Of a DNA stretch of 64,000 bases, positions 48,990-63,295 are shown one piece after another. The stretch is from Marsupella aquatica (Eukaryota; Plantae; Marchantiophyta). Numbering within the stretch: position 1 is the first letter of the stretch; each line of letters starts with the position of its first letter. Below the pieces are notes generated by a model that was given only the letters and a program-made list of their open reading frames with translations, had not been told where the DNA came from and ran no database searches. The stretch lies in contig OZ316891.1 of the NCBI GenBank assembly GCA_973895155.1, forward strand, positions 11,840,771 to 11,904,770, written 5' to 3'. A program made the translations under genes and the position numbers.

Positions 48990-50960
48990 GGTGACCGCTC
49001 GATAAGTCACATCGAGTCCGTCACTTGATTCCAATTCACCGCTTGGACAGTACGTTGAAATATTGTGACATACCTTCGTAACCACAACTCGTACATTACT
49101 CAGTAGAATGCGTCTAAGTGATTGCAATTCACCGCTTGGACAGTAAGTTGAAATCTTGTGACATACCTTCGTAACCGCAGCTCGTACATTACTATGTAGA
49201 ATGCGTCTAAGTGCTGCGGTTGTAGATGCCACTGAAAGTGCCCCTGACTTGCATGACATTCTTCTGCATTTCTACGTATTGGCCATCGCTTACGGCCTTG
49301 ATTAGGTCCTTCAGCTTCGGGATGTCTGCCGCAGTGACCACGAGGGTGAACTATCAGGCACGTCATTGAATGGCAGCTCGCGGTAACGGGGCACGCATCC
49401 GTAGTGCGTTGCATCCGCTAGGCGAGCAGTATTAACTTCATACCCTTTCACATGTAAGCAGTACTTGCTATGAGTAAAGCCTCGTCATAGGGAGTCTTGA
49501 TCTTATGGGTGTATACTTTTATCTCCGAGTCCTTGCTGCAATGCTTGGCAACAAGTACACGAACCGGAGAGTTGCCACCCCCAGCGAAAAAGGCCAGGGT
49601 AGTCCTGCAGAGTTATCTAACCAGCAACAATGAAAAACTAATGAGAAGGATTTCAAACTGTGAACCAATGTAACAAGGCCATTCGTTCAGAGCCAGGTTT
49701 CATCGTAGTACTACGTCTAGCACGGAAGGTCGGAGAGTAAGAGCTCACAAAATTAAAATTCAGCAACGGAGAATTAGACAAACCTTTGTTCAATCAACGG
49801 CGCTCCCTTCGGAAATCCAGTCCTCGACAGGGATGGTTGCATCCTTGTGAGGGAAGAGGGGGGGGGGGGGTTGAGTATGACAATTCGACGAGCAAATGAC
49901 CTGAATTGCGTCATGTCGACCTTCGAGAGCCTCGTAAGTAGCAGTCTTACCAATGGAGTGGCAATTCACATAGAAATGACCCGCTCCGCCAGACCAGTTC
50001 TGCTATGGAGAATCACACTTAGTTTCAAGACGTAAGTCGTCACGACCTTCCTAATCCCATTCACTCCAATCCTCCGATCCTTCCTCATATTCACTATAGA
50101 GAAGGGCATGTAGAATAGGTCAGCCTCATCCGGGTCTTCGGCAAGCATGCTGCTTTTGAGGAGCGCAGTCTGGAGATAATGCTCACTAGCGTTTGCCAAT
50201 CGCAAGTTTCTTGCAAGCTTCAAAAATGTTCTCAAAAGTATTTTTTGAAACGTGTGGGTAAATGAAGATCTTGGACTGGCACGCCATATCCACAATATCC
50301 TGATAAGATATCTCCGGAGAGTGGTAGGCTTGGCTGATCATTCCGAGAGTGAATTGATCTCGTGAATTGCAGAGGGAAGACAGTGTAAGGCCATTTTCCG
50401 CTACCACGCACATGGGGCAACAGCATTTCCGTATTGAACACAGCAGCGGGCAGTAGAATGAACATGAACTTGCACATGCCTAATCAACGACAAGCAATGT
50501 GCAAACATTGAGGATCTAGAATCCTTCAAGAAAAATCAACTGGTAATCAACAGTCATTGCTGTCCAATGTTCTCGGACTATTCCAAGTATCAATACCGTC
50601 AGTGTGCACCATACATCTTTGCAAGGTCAAAACATGTCGATCCAAGAGACTGCCAGCCGTGACGAAGAGGTTACAACAAGGCTGTATGACCGACAAACTC
50701 AAAGCAACTGTCACAAGTAGGCAGGTAAGAGAGTCAGTGCTGTCTACTCTGCTGGAAAGCCAAATTGCTCCCAGAAAATCACAACAAGCCACACAGTTCT
50801 GAAAGCTGACTAGGTTTTCTCTGGTTTCCTCGGTGCCAGGATGCTAGGATGCCAGTACGACGGGTACATGCAAGTTTGGCGCCGCGTTCCCAATTGGAAG
50901 CGGCACATGGCTTGCTGAGGATGAGCTGAATATGATTTCAATTGTAGAGTGGGACGAATG
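48990..50960 (-). pseudogene. Exostosin/GT47 glycosyltransferase pseudogene (boundaries approximate)
   Basis: 'KIFIYP', 'ASEHY...DPDEADLFYMPFS', 'HFYVNCHSIG', 'HKDATIP', 'TLAFFAGGGNSPVR', 'KGYEVNTARLADA..YGCVPV', 'LDAFYIVMYEL.LRR' spread over several frames with frameshifts and stops. Confidence 0.8.
49032..49213. repeat. 93-bp tandem duplication of the GT47 3' coding end
   Basis: 'caattcaccgcttggacagta...gtgacataccttcgtaacc...gtagaatgcgtctaagtg' at 49032 and 49125. Confidence 0.85.
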
Positions 50961-51635
50961 CTTCCGTTGCCAAATATGGTCCGGTAGAGTTCTCATACAC
51001 ATATATCGGACACGGCATGGGCCAAAGCGTATCGAGAGATCCCGACGCGGATCACCAAATCCGCAAAGGGCAATGATCGCCACGAATCCTAGAGCACACA
51101 ATCCTCGGTCGAGAGTCGAGACCTTGAGCCGTGAAGCTGTTAATGAAGCAGCTTCCTACCATTGATGCAGTTGGGCGGGCTTCTGAGCTGTACCCTACAC
51201 CTAATCATAGGTCACACTTAGAACTAACTCGGGTCAGCTTTACACTGCACTCGTGTGAAACAGAGTCGGGCAGCGGTTTGCCAGTTCCTTTCAGGAGCTA
51301 TGGCAACCACCCAAAGAATTGTGCATTTGCGGATATGGTAACCAGCCAAAGAATGCGAAGCTGCCTATTTGTTTTATAGTTCAAGCATCCCGGTACCATG
51401 AAACTGACATTGCTTGTTGGGATCCCGGCTGCAATCTGTCCATCCACCGCTTCTTCTTCAAGCTCTCTTCGTAGATATCCCATAGAATTGATGTCGCACT
51501 GCAACGATTTTACTAGCTACTACAGTAGACAGTGTGTTGTACTTTGCTCGAGAAATTGGTAGCAGAGCTGTGAAAGCCTCTGAGAAACACGCTAAGCAAC
51601 CCACATTGAGCTGGCAGGACATTAGCTCCTCCGCC

Positions 51636-54506
51636 ATGTCCGTCCTCACTCTCCCACTTCACGTCACTCATTACCACTCTGTTCAGCGAGCCTCCAGCTC
51701 CGCTCGCTGCGTTGGAACCAGTAGCACAACAAGTGCTGCTGTAGTCCCGTTGAGGAGGTTGTGGAGGGTTTGTTTGGAAAGGGTTTGCAACAACAATTCG
51801 ACGACTAAGGTTTGGAGGCAACGCCCATCGTCAACGGCGACGCATCACCTGTGCCATAGCCAAGCTCCCAACTCGTCGGAGGCCACTGCCGCAGACAATG
51901 GAGATGATGAGCAGGACGAGAGCAGCATGCCGCTTTCCACGTTTGAGGAATTTGTTAAGCTGAATACCGGCACCTGGGGCGGAAAATTCTACGTATCATT
52001 CTCACTCCTTCCCCACCTTTTCTATAAGCCCTGCTTGAGGCCCCAATGAAAAACGGTGACTCACTGCTCTGAATGTGAACTATTATCATTCAGCAATGCA
52101 GGTGAATTGAGAATCCCAGGAAGGTCATTATGAGTTTATAGGTTATGGGTGCTGATTGGTGTGTACAATGTTCAGAAAATATGCCATATTTTGACCTTCA
52201 GCTTTCAATTTGACCTGAGAAATAGTGTTATGATTGTTCCTTCTCGGCTTGATTCTGAGCTTACTCTGTAATGCAGCAATTTGATATACTTGGGAAATCA
52301 CTTCAGCAAATACCTACAAGGCTAGATGTGTACTCACGTGGGAAAGGGAAGGATATGTCCCTTCACCAAAAGTAAGTGGAACGTTTTCGGCTCCTCCCTG
52401 TTTCTTTGTATATAGAGTATGGTCGATCGATGCAAGGCCAACTACCGTTGGAACCTTGAGGGTACTTGTGGCTTGTTCTGAGATAGCTGGCATGAAAGTG
52501 ACTTGTTATAACAAGCTCTGCATAGCGAGTAACGATTGAACTTTCTTTTCTCTTGTGAGAGTAAATGGGTGCAAGGAATCTAAGTTTCATGTGGATTGCA
52601 GTTTGAAGATCAAGGAGGCATTGTCTAAAACGTCAATTCCCGGTGAAATAGATGAACCGACCTGGGCAGAATTGAACCTGGACCCAATAAATATGTCTAC
52701 TATTGACAGGCCCCAGCAGGTGAATACTTTTCCCTTCGCAATTTATTGAGAACCTGACAGTTCTTGGGACTAATCAAATTCAGGATTTCTGAAGTCATTG
52801 AAAGGATTTGAGGTTTATCTTTGAACTGGAAGTCAATTATCACTCGACTCAAACCTCAGCCCAAACTCTCGTGGATGGATTCAGATTGTGTACTTTCCTA
52901 CGGCGAAGGCATACTGTGTATCTCATCAAACAGCAAACATGCTGAACATAGTATTGAGAGCTGGAGTGCTTGGGGAAGATGATGACGAGAGAGAGGAATC
53001 TCCGAAGTAAGCTGCTTGAACTTGGACTGTACTGCTCACTGGTTTTGCGGGTGCACCGATAGAGAACCAGTGACCTGCAACTGCAATCTCGTTTCACGTT
53101 GAGAATTAGGAATGATATTCTCTTACTTGTTTATATGATTTGGACTAGTCTTTACATTATGTATGGAAGGTTTGTTTCATGCCAAGAAGTCAAGATCAGT
53201 GCGATAGCTGCCCAGTCCTATTTAACATAGTCCGTCAAATTAAATAATGTATGTTGTTCAAGGTGAGTCCTAGTTTTACTGATAGGTCTTCGCTTTTTCC
53301 GTTACGGAGGCTGGGTTTAGGGTTTAAGGTTTAGTTTCATCATTTGCAATAGAATGATTGTTCCAATAAGGCTGAAATAACGACCATCAAAGAGTTGTCA
53401 CTGGATCTGCATTGTACACCGCAACTGATTTGCAAAAGCCACCCTGACCTTTTCTAAATGAGCTTGGACAGTTGAGTTTAATCCTTCCCATATGTATACA
53501 GAGGAGTCAAGCTTGCCTCTCGCCGCCCAGCGCTTGTGAGTGAGAGCTGCCTTCATTCAGAGGATGGAAATCGTCGAGTCAGAGTATTCATTGTGCTGGA
53601 TCCGAGAGGTCTACTTGACGTCATTGGCTTCTTCACTGAAAAGAAAATTGAAGGGGCTTTTGTCGAAGTACAAAGTGACCTGCCTGAGGTAGTTAACCCC
53701 AGATGACCCCAAGGAAGTACTTTTTCCCGGAATTTTGAAAATTTCCTCGAAGTCTCAGTGTTTATCTGTCAGTGGTATCTACCTGTTCTCGACCCTCATG
53801 CTTTTTTAAGTTACTGTAGGTCAAGATTTGTAACTGAGAATGATGAAAAACAAGAAATGTATGACTAGCTGAAAATTTCACAGTGCACTAAACTGCTGGG
53901 ATCGGCTGTTGTGATAGGAGGATGCAGCTGCAAGTGTGGATTCACTTGCAGGTCATTGGGCCGGTCCTGCAGTGACACGAAGGACAGGCGTCTATGGGTC
54001 CACCGTAGTGGAAGCTGATGTAGCTATTAAATATGAAAAATTACCAGGCGGATTCATCTCACAGGTTGGTTTCTGATCCCTTTCGGTCCTGAAGTACTCT
54101 CATTTCCTAAAGTATGGACGGTATTGATGTGATGGCAGCTTGCATAGGCGTATAATTTGGGTCCAGTATTCTTATGTCCTGGCGAATCTTGGGAGTTAAA
54201 ATCTGATGGTTGGACTGGTTTGCCAAACAGGAGTTCTCATCGTCAAAGGGTTTCAAGGTGAATCTAACAGGGCAAATCAAAGGCTCTGTACTCGACTTTG
54301 AAGGAGGGCTTCAAACGATTATTTTGCCAGGAGGCATTGCCGTGTCTGCCCCAATTAGTGTGGGTAGAAGCGTTGGCCGGTCACAATCATTTTTCTTCGA
54401 GTTTTCTTGGATGCAATCCGCACAACAACGCCAAAGGTTGGTGAGAACATATGACACCGATGGATTGGTAGTTTCAACTACTTGGTCTTCTGAAATGAAA
54501 ATCTAA
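51636..54506 (+). CDS. DUF3598 family plastid-targeted protein (At2g44760-like), multi-exon
   Basis: CCGCCATG start with Ser/Thr/Arg-rich transit-like N-terminus. Exons encode 'FVKLNTGTWGGKFY|QFD', 'EPTWAEL...NMSTID..QQ', 'LRAGVLGEDD', 'SRRPALVSESCL', 'GHWAG..VTRRTGVYGS', 'LPGG...RQRLVRTYDTDGLVVSTT'. Confidence 0.82.
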
Positions 54507-55244
54507 TTTGGAGTCTTTTTCTTTGACCACTTATTTAATGAAACTCGTGACTGAAGAGAGGAATTCCTCTCCTGGATCCCCCTTCTGGTTCTCCACGTTG
54601 AGTCTTTGTTTGTTGCTACTATACTCAGCAGACTTCATTGTTCATTGTGTCTTTGGGTCACTAATTTCTAGGAGTGAGTTGGCTATGTTTTCAGAGTGTC
54701 TGTTTTGTGTCTATGATAACAAAAGATGAAGTGGATCGAGTCTCCATGAATTTGTGATGCTGCAAATGCATGGAAATGTATTAGACTATATTTTTAATGT
54801 GATACTCAATTCAGGCAGTTTGACAATGAGGAATGTAAAAGAAGCTGACACCCCCTAAAGGGTCCCATCGTTACATTCTATACTGTCACAGAAATGAAAG
54901 CCAATCACAATGGACTTTCACCACCAAACTGCAAAATGAACATGCATTTACAAAGTCATTTTTGAGGTATAATGATTCGAGTCTTCTACCACGTAATTTA
55001 TAAACCATCACGGAAAAGCAACCTCCTCCAAAAACAAATTCAGTCGCAATTGTAGTGGGCCTAACTTACAGAGAGAACCACACTACAATAAAGAGTGCAC
55101 CAATGCATAAAAGAGAAAATTCAAGTACCAACCTTTCCCTAAACGGGCTTAACGAGGGATTGCATATGTGGAGAGGGGATAGGTGTACTCCTTTTAACAC
55201 AGGTTAGGTTTACAGTAAAGTAATTATTATGAAACCTCCTTTAA

Positions 55245-56596
55245 CCCAGGATGAACACACCTAAATATTTCATGAGCTGGGTCGGGCTCACACAGATGGT
55301 GATGCCAATAATTTTAGCTGCAAATAAGAAAGTGCTCCAACCCTCGTTTTGGTCCTTAGCTGAAATTGTTTTCTCACAGTTTTTAGTAATTTATGGTAGT
55401 TAGCAAACCCCTGGCTTAGGCTTAGTGGTCAGGGTTAGGCTCTCGGCTCAAAGGTCATGTCGTTCATCTAATAGTAAAGTGGTCAGTTTAGCTTTCTTGA
55501 ACTTTTAGAATGTATGATGGGTGAAGAGTGGCTCATCAATGGTCAGTTTATCTTTCTTGACCTTTTAGAAGGTATGATGGGTGAAGAGTGGCTCATCAGT
55601 TAGCCTAATTTTATGAGAACATATCATTACTTATTTGCTGACTTGAAGTGCGCATCTCAAATTATACCTCAGTTGGAAAAAGGAAGAGAATAGAGTATTA
55701 ATTGTGAGGCTTCTGACTATAGAGGGGTTCAACTTTCCCCAGCTTTAACGTTCTGGGAGAACTGAGCTGTTTGCGGGACAAGCCGTTCTGTAGGCTGGTT
55801 ATTAGAACACCCAACAACATGTAGCACTTTAATAGAATTACTTTAATTATTATTCTAGCTTTGTCAACTCTCCAATTTAACACCCCCTAGTGAATCACCA
55901 GAAGAGCACAAAGAGAAACGCCTGTTGCATCCATTTCAAGGGCAACTATGGTCTGCCCCAAAAAAATGATTTGGTCCTTATATTTGAATAGTGCAGCTGG
56001 GGGCATTCTATTCAAATAAAAAGTCCTTTCTGTTTGAGTTTTGAGCAGGAAATCTTGGCAAAGGGTCAAATAGGACCTTGTGCTTGAGATAGGTCTGTCT
56101 AACTGAGTCAAGGCCTGGCTTGTAGGGTTAAGCCACCACTAGCCATGACAAAACCTGGTTAGACCAGGTTTCACCTTAAATAGTATCCTTTTACAAATTT
56201 GTGGAGCAATATGGAATGGGAGAGAATGAGTAAAGTCCCCCCCCCCCCCCCCTCCTAATATGGCTAGTGGCATTTTGAATGAAGGCATCCATCGCCTTCT
56301 AGAACACAATAAGGAAAATGTATTCAACAAGGCCATAGTTTGAATACAAAAAAATAGTAGTTTTATCACAAGCTCCACCTTTCAAACATGAGGCCCCATC
56401 TTCAAATACAAGGCCTTGCCATTTCATTCCATGGGGCCTTTTATTCGAGAAAAAAGAACAAGGACTATGGTTGGGGCAAGATGCTATTCTTTTCCAGACG
56501 GCTTTTCATTTGAAAAAAAAATATTACACAAAACCTTGTGTTGGGGCAAGATGCTATTCTATTAATTAATCCGTGGACCCCCATGTTCATCCAAGG
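55245..56596. mobile_element. Possible non-autonomous TIR element (~1.35 kb)
   Basis: CCCAGGATGAACA at 55245 versus TGTTCATCCAAGG ending at 56596 (11/13 inverted match). The right-end sequence recurs at 15854. Internal 60-bp tandem duplication at 55481-55598. No TSD found. Confidence 0.4.
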
Positions 56597-57188
56597 AATG
56601 TGTGTGCGATTAAGTGAAATCAATTTTCATCAAGGCGGTAACTAACAATTTTGAGTCTCCCGATGGTGTTGGTGTGTGCTCGTACAAAAACAAATGCTCA
56701 AAAGATAGAGATTTATCAAACAGAAGGTTGAATGTGGAGGAATTGAGTTTTCTTATAGGTTTTGCTTACACATTGGAGAAATCATCTTTCAACCATTTGT
56801 TGATTGATTGTTTGTGAGTTACATTGAGCATTACCGCCACAAGATAGACTGGAGCACAACACTCAGCTGTTGGCAAAAGAGCGTTTGTCAATTTGGTGGG
56901 AAGAACACACAAAACAAACGAGCCATCATTTCAAACAAAGGATTTGTAGTTATTTTTAAGAAAGCTATGGTGTGAAGAGAAGACCAACAATTGTTTCTTT
57001 GACATAGAGGCTACATTTGGCGTCAACCTATGTTTTCAGTTGAAGACTATATATCTAAGAGATGCGAACAATTCAAGCCGGGAAGCAAGCATTGTGGACC
57101 AGCGATGACGACGTAATCAAAGAAATCAATTTGTAGTGGCTAAGTTTGTGATGGTGACGAGATTGTGATATCTCTTAATTGAGAAAGG

Positions 57189-57637
57189 GTTTCCAATGAG
57201 CCTCAAATTGACAAATTTTGTCAAGTTCCATATGAGTTTTTGAATTTCTTTGCCTTTCCAATGAGTGTGAGTATAATAAATTTTGATCATGAGTTCATGA
57301 ATTCTTTTAGCTTTCTAACATTGAGTCCGACATTGACAAATTCATGTCAGATTCAATCTCTTTAGCTTTCTAATGTGTGACATTAAGATTATTTGTCAAG
57401 AAATAGAGAGATCATGAGTATCTAAATTTCTCTAGCTTTCCAATGAACCTAACATTGATAGATTTTGTCAAATACTAAGGAGATTATGAGTTTTTAATTT
57501 TACTCTAACTTTCTAATGAGTGTGACATTGAGAGATTTTATCACGACATTACTAAAGAGATCATGAGTTTCTAAATCTTGATCTTGAATTTTCCAATGAA
57601 TCAAACATTGATAGATTTTATCAAGTACTAAGGAGAT
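57189..57637. repeat. Degenerate AT-rich tandem array (~60-75-bp units)
   Basis: Recurrent 'ttc(c/t)aatga..acattga.a.atttt.tcaa..gagat.atgagt.t...tagctt'. Confidence 0.7.
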
Positions 57638-58573
57638 TTATTATTTAGTTTTACAATGTGAAGCCAAAAGGATTTTAACTATGTACATTTATAATTAAAA
57701 AATACAAACATTTTGATATAAAACACTGATATAAAACACTGATATATCTTTGACAAACATCAAAATGGTAACTTTGTTTTACTAAATGACATCTTTTCCT
57801 TTGTATTTTGGTTTTTTTTACTTTTAATATTTACGACATGGCGCCCCAAAAATTAAGTTGCTTTTGCCACAAACAAGAATGTGCACGTTTGTTATTGCTA
57901 AAAGTAGTATCATTCCTCTTTGTGGCTGGTTGTGGTGATGTGGCGCAACCTCATGGCAGAGAATTTGAAAGAGGGCCTTTATTCGAGAAAAGAACACAAC
58001 GCCATGTGTGTGTGGGGAGGGGGGGGGGGGGAGTGGTAGTACCCAAATTTTATGAAGAAGGCAAGTAATGTAATGTACATTCCAATTACGGTAACACGAT
58101 TGAAGAGGGCAGAGGAGGAAGGAATGGAGGGAAGCAGAGGTGAGCACAGGTGAGCAGACGATTTTGAAGTATGCCCAATTCGGTAGGAACGAACTCGCCA
58201 CCCAAACAAGCAGAAAACCCCCCTCTCATCAGTTCCGTCACAACAGTTCTCCACACTCGAAACCCATCTCCAGTCGCAGAAATCGAGCAGTCAGGAGGAG
58301 ATAGAGAACGACCAAGAAGAAGACGAAGAAGCTCGATCACAGTCTTGGATTGTCTGTGGATCTCTGCTTGGCATTGTTTGCCATCAGGGCCGGTTTGTTC
58401 ATCACATTGAAAGAGCTGGAAGAGAAAGAAGCGAGAGAGACAAAGATAGACCCATGGAGTGGAGGACTGACTGACCAGGTCGGGCGCTTCGAGGTGTGCT
58501 GTGAGAGTAGTTGGAAGCAGCGCACATTAGGGCTGGGGAGTGGTGAGGGGAGGGGCAATTGGTGTTCTCCATT

Positions 58574-60474
58574 ATGAAGATCCGGAGCATAAAGAATGTG
58601 GCGAATGCGCATCACGATTCTATCTGGGCGGCAACATGGGCGCCCGCAACGGCGGACAGAGGTGCGCTGCTGATCACCGGCTCTGTGGACGAGACGGTCA
58701 AGTTATGGAAGGGAGATGAGCTCGAGCTTGAGCGGACAAACACCGGGCACGGGTTGGGCGTGGTGGCAGTGGCTGCCCACCCTTCAGGCACTCTCGCGGC
58801 CTCCACTTCTCTCGACAGCTTTATTAGAGTGTTCGATGTGGACTCCAATGCCACGGTGGCGACGCTCGAGACTTCGCCCTCCGAGGCCTGGCTCATGCAG
58901 TTCGATCCCAAAGTCAGTAACCTTCTTTCCCTGCTTCCGTTCCAGCACATTTGCTCCTCGATTCCCCTTTCTCTTGATTTTCATTTTTCATCAGTTTTTG
59001 TCTTTTATTTCTCTCTGGGCTTTTCCGAAATAGGTTTTCATGTTACAAGGCAGAGCCTGAGCTATGTGTTCCTGCTTTCTGGGTTTCAAATCTCGAGATT
59101 GTCAAAGAAAATGTTGATTTTGGACGGGCTCTGCCGTAGACTTTTGAATGCTGAGTAGTGCGGATTGCTTGTTGAATTTACTTTCTGATGCTTGTCACGC
59201 TTCTCGGCTTCTTGAGGTTGACAATTCGCGGAGGCTTTTCCTTTTTCCTAAAGCTCCACTCGTGCGAGGACCGTCTCGTGGTAGCCTCTGTTGCGTCTTT
59301 CACCTCGGGAGCTAGTTAGGGAGAGGGTTTTACTTCTGCTAATAGGTTGATTGGTTGTGCAAATGGCCAGTTGAGTTGCGAAATCTGCAATTTCGAGGAC
59401 CTTGTAAAATGATGCTTTATAGTTTGCTTTAGAATACATGGGTGCCTGAGAGTTGGGCTTTGTAGCACTGGATTTCTTTCAATGGCATTTTTCTTATTGT
59501 TTGCTTCCAAGGAGAAGCAAATGATCTCCAAGTATCTTTGGGCAAATTACCAAATCATGTGGAAACATTACTCAATCTTACATAAGACAGGGACTCCCTG
59601 GTCGCTGTCCAGGGGGCATGACCGGCTCTTTTGTGGTCACATTTAATTCATAGAGAACACTAGTGTTTTAAATAAATAAAAGAAAATTTTTAAGCAATAT
59701 TGGGCTTTGAAGTTTATCCAATTCAGCTCTGTTGCATGATTGTCTGCAAATGTGCTGCGAAAGAAACTTGAACCTCTAACTGCACCTTCTGCGACGATTG
59801 CCGGCATATGAACTGAACAAGGATGTGTGATCATGCCTCAGGGGGAGTTTTTGGCAGTAGCTGGTGGGGGCAGTGGATCAATAAAGCTATGGAACACAAG
59901 CACTTGGCGGCTCGAAACATCACTCGTAATCCCAAAGGTTGACACACCTCTCTCGAAACAATCAGATAAGAGCGGACCAGCAAAGTTCGTGATGGCTGTG
60001 GCTTGGAGTATGGACGGGAAGAGGCTGGCATGCAGTACCATGAGCGGAATGGTTTGCATCTTTGACGCCCAACGACGGAAGTTTCTGCACGCCCTGGAAG
60101 GCCACGCCATGCCAGTTCGTTCATTGGCTTTCTCTCCTGTGGACGCCAGAATTCTATTCACGGTGTCTGACGACAAGCACATTCATATGTATGATGTAGA
60201 AAGCAGGAGTTTGATTAGTGCGTTTTCCGGCCATGCAAGCTGGGTGGTGAGCTTAGACGTGAGCCACGATGGATCATGTTTGGCAACGGGTTCTAGTGAT
60301 AAGACTGTCCGGCTTTGGGATCTCAAAATGGGTTCAGCTGTTCAAACCTTAACAGATCATAGTGACCAAGTGTGGTCAGTAGTATTCCGACCTCCAGGCG
60401 GAGATGGCCTCCGTGTTGGACGCCTTGCCAGTGTGTCAGACGATCGGAGCATTTCACTGTATGAGTATACTTGA
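58574..60474 (+). CDS. VIP3: WD40 protein VIP3 (WDR61/Ski8; PAF1 and SKI complex subunit), 2 exons
   Basis: Exons 58574-58912 and 59842-60474. 'NAHHDSIWAATW', 'TNTGHGLGVVAVAAHPSG..AASTSLDSFIRVFDVDSNAT', 'LEGHAMPVRSL', 'GHASWVVS', 'GRLASVSDDRSISLYEY'. Confidence 0.93.
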
Positions 60475-62158
60475 TTGCAAAGGCTTCTCTTTCTTTCTTA
60501 CTCCGAAGATCCTCTATCTAGTACGCGTGGGTTGTGAAACCTAGTTCTACGCCAAAGAGAGTTAAATCAAGAATCTCAAGCCGAAAAGAGTCAATTCAAG
60601 AATCTCAAATTATTGAGTCAAATTTCTCGAGCTAAACTAAATGCGAATCAAGGAACAAATCTCCTCCGGCGTTTGGGCCGTTGTACTGGAAGCGCAGGTT
60701 CCTTTCACATCAGCAACAGCAGCACAGATGACTTGAAGCCGCTACCGTCGTCAATTTCTCTGCTGAAACTCTTATGTGGCATGAGTTGGTCTACGAACAA
60801 CGATGGACGAAGTTACTAGCATCGAAATGTAGAAAGCCGTGAATTTGAGTGGAAAGTGTGAATGCACTCTAGAGAGCCTACTGATCACTGAAGAATAGTC
60901 TACGGATATGTCTCAAAGCTTGATGAATTTCAATTTCCAAAAAGCAAGCAAACGCATCTCTGACTGTAAAACGAAGATTGCCCAGAATGGGCAGGATCGG
61001 ACATAAGCTCGCAGCTTGAGTCTCCGCCTTATGGGAACGTCAAATTTCTCACAACTCACAATAGTGTTTTCTCTGACCTCGACTATTCATTGGTGGGATA
61101 TCTCTGAAGCCAAATTCTTGAAGATTTTAGCGCTGACATCATGAACGTTTGTAGAGTCAACTGTAGTTTGTAGAAGCTGACCTATCTTACTTCTTGTGTG
61201 TATTAATGCCCGTCCCGATGTATGGGATGATGAGAATTTCTACCGGGAAGGCAAGGCCCACTTCGTTTAGGCTGACATGTCTGTACCTTGTCCAGATATA
61301 TTCTACAATTGTGAGTAATTGTGAGCGGCTTGTGATGATGATTTTTCCTGTTCGGCTGTGCAATCAGGAGAATGATTTTCATGTTCTCTAGCTAGTGATA
61401 GTAGTGCTTCCTCAATGATGTTGTTTATTGCAATGACTAACGCTTTGAAGGAAAGTTTGTTGGCCAATGTTTACATAGGCAACCTATATATTCTTCGACA
61501 CCGTGGTTGTGTTGTTCATTTGGTAGACCTGGTGAACTTTTAGCGAATAGACCAAAGTTGAATTGATTTCCGAGATATGAGTGAGGCTGTGATCCACACT
61601 CTGCACGTAAATACACATTGAACCCTGGTGTAAACTGTTCCCTTGAACTGGAATTTAGCCACACTCCCAACACAGAGTTACGTTCACCACGAAGGACTTC
61701 CCTGAAGACCTTACCACAATCCAAAGAGATCCATTGTTCCTTCATAGTCCTAGAATTGAGCAACAAGCACCACCGGGATGTATACCGGGATGCATAATGT
61801 TGCAGACATTGTGTACCGTACAGCATGCCCATCAGATATATTTCGATTCTGTTATTACGCAAATCAAACGATCTGATGTAGAACGCCTGAACTGGATCAC
61901 AGTTGCATTGTGGTTACTTCCGAACCACAATGGTCGCCGCTGCCACAGACTCAGGCATAAAGCGAGATCTCTATCCGAGCCTGGAGCCTGGAGCCTTTCA
62001 TCTACGCACGATCTATGGAAGCGGTGGACCCACTTTCCCAAGGTTTATTTGCAAATTGTCTTGTTTCCCTTCTACAGTAGATCCTATGATACCATTGACA
62101 TTGAGACAGTTTGTCTCAAGTGAAATGGCAGTTCAATAGTGCACTTGCCATGTTCTTA

Positions 62159-62700
62159 GGGGCACTTTACAAGACGTCGGGGCGTTGGCTTCCTTTTCTA
62201 CCAAAGCTGAGCCAGCAGCAGTTTCACATGCTAAAAAGAGTATACCGGGGCTAATAGAGAATTTAGAAGACTTTTATTGCCCCCGACGTCTTGTAAAGGG
62301 AACTCTGGCCAGTGTAGCTAGAATCATTGACTAGAAGACAAACTTGGGACCCACTCCACCTGAATCTTTGGCTAATGCTGGCTAATCTTTGGCTAATGCT
62401 GGTTCCTGTGGGTCCGCATTTATTGAAAACTGCTCATAATAGGAATGGACCAAGCGGCCGGATGAAGGGACCAAGCGGCCGGATGGAGGTGGTCTAAAAT
62501 TCTGGACAAAAAAGAGCTCCACGTCGGCAAAAGTTGGGCCCCACTGAAGTCCATGTAGGATCGGCAGAATCAATGAGCAAAACTGCCCCCGACGTTTTCT
62601 AAAGTGAACTCCAGCACTATCTCCCCAATGGATGGCCCGGATTGGATCTTGGATGTCAGAAAAGTGAACGAACTGCCCCCGACGTCTTGTAAAGCCACCC
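62159..62700. mobile_element. PIF/Harbinger (Tourist-like) MITE, 542 bp
   Basis: TIRs GGGGCACTTTACAAGACGTCGGGG / CCCCGACGTCTTGTAAAGCCACCC; TTA TSD at 62156-62158 and 62701-62703. Confidence 0.85.
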
Positions 62701-63295
62701 TTAACCCCAGAAACTATGCAAATGAACTGCTGTATATCCAAATTCCTTCCGGGTGAATTTGATTATCAGCTCCGGTACAGGTGTCAGTTGAACAAATTAT
62801 CCATTCCAGACATTTGTTACTTGTAAGGTAATTGATCAACGTTCTTCACCAGGTGATCTCATGTGAGTTGCCATGGACGTGTCCACTGACCACGACGAGT
62901 GTAAACGTATTAGATTTTATGTTCAAAGTACTTTTTCATGTACGCTGAACTCAAGGTCTATATTTCTCTCACTGTACAGACATTGTTCACCTGAAGGTCG
63001 AATGGGACTTGACCTCTAGAGTCGTTCAATTTTCCAAGGTTGAGAAGGCCTTACGGTAGGCTCACTGCCGCACATGTAAGCCTGCGGTGGAAGGAAGTCT
63101 CCTTTTGAAAGTGAATCGATGGACATATTCTCTATCCTTTTAAGCCTCTCTGGAATTGATTGAGGGCTTCTCAACCATAGTTTGTCCATCCGTTCACATT
63201 CTTCCAAACTTCGCGTCATATGACCACAGTCATGCAAAGACCCATCCCTTTACAGTCTATCAAGACAAGTGACCCAGGCCAACTACAGTATCCTG

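Noticed and set aside
61437-63237. ORF fragments flanking the MITE as a degraded gene
   Set aside because: No family motif recognisable by eye; would need BLASTx after removing the MITE.
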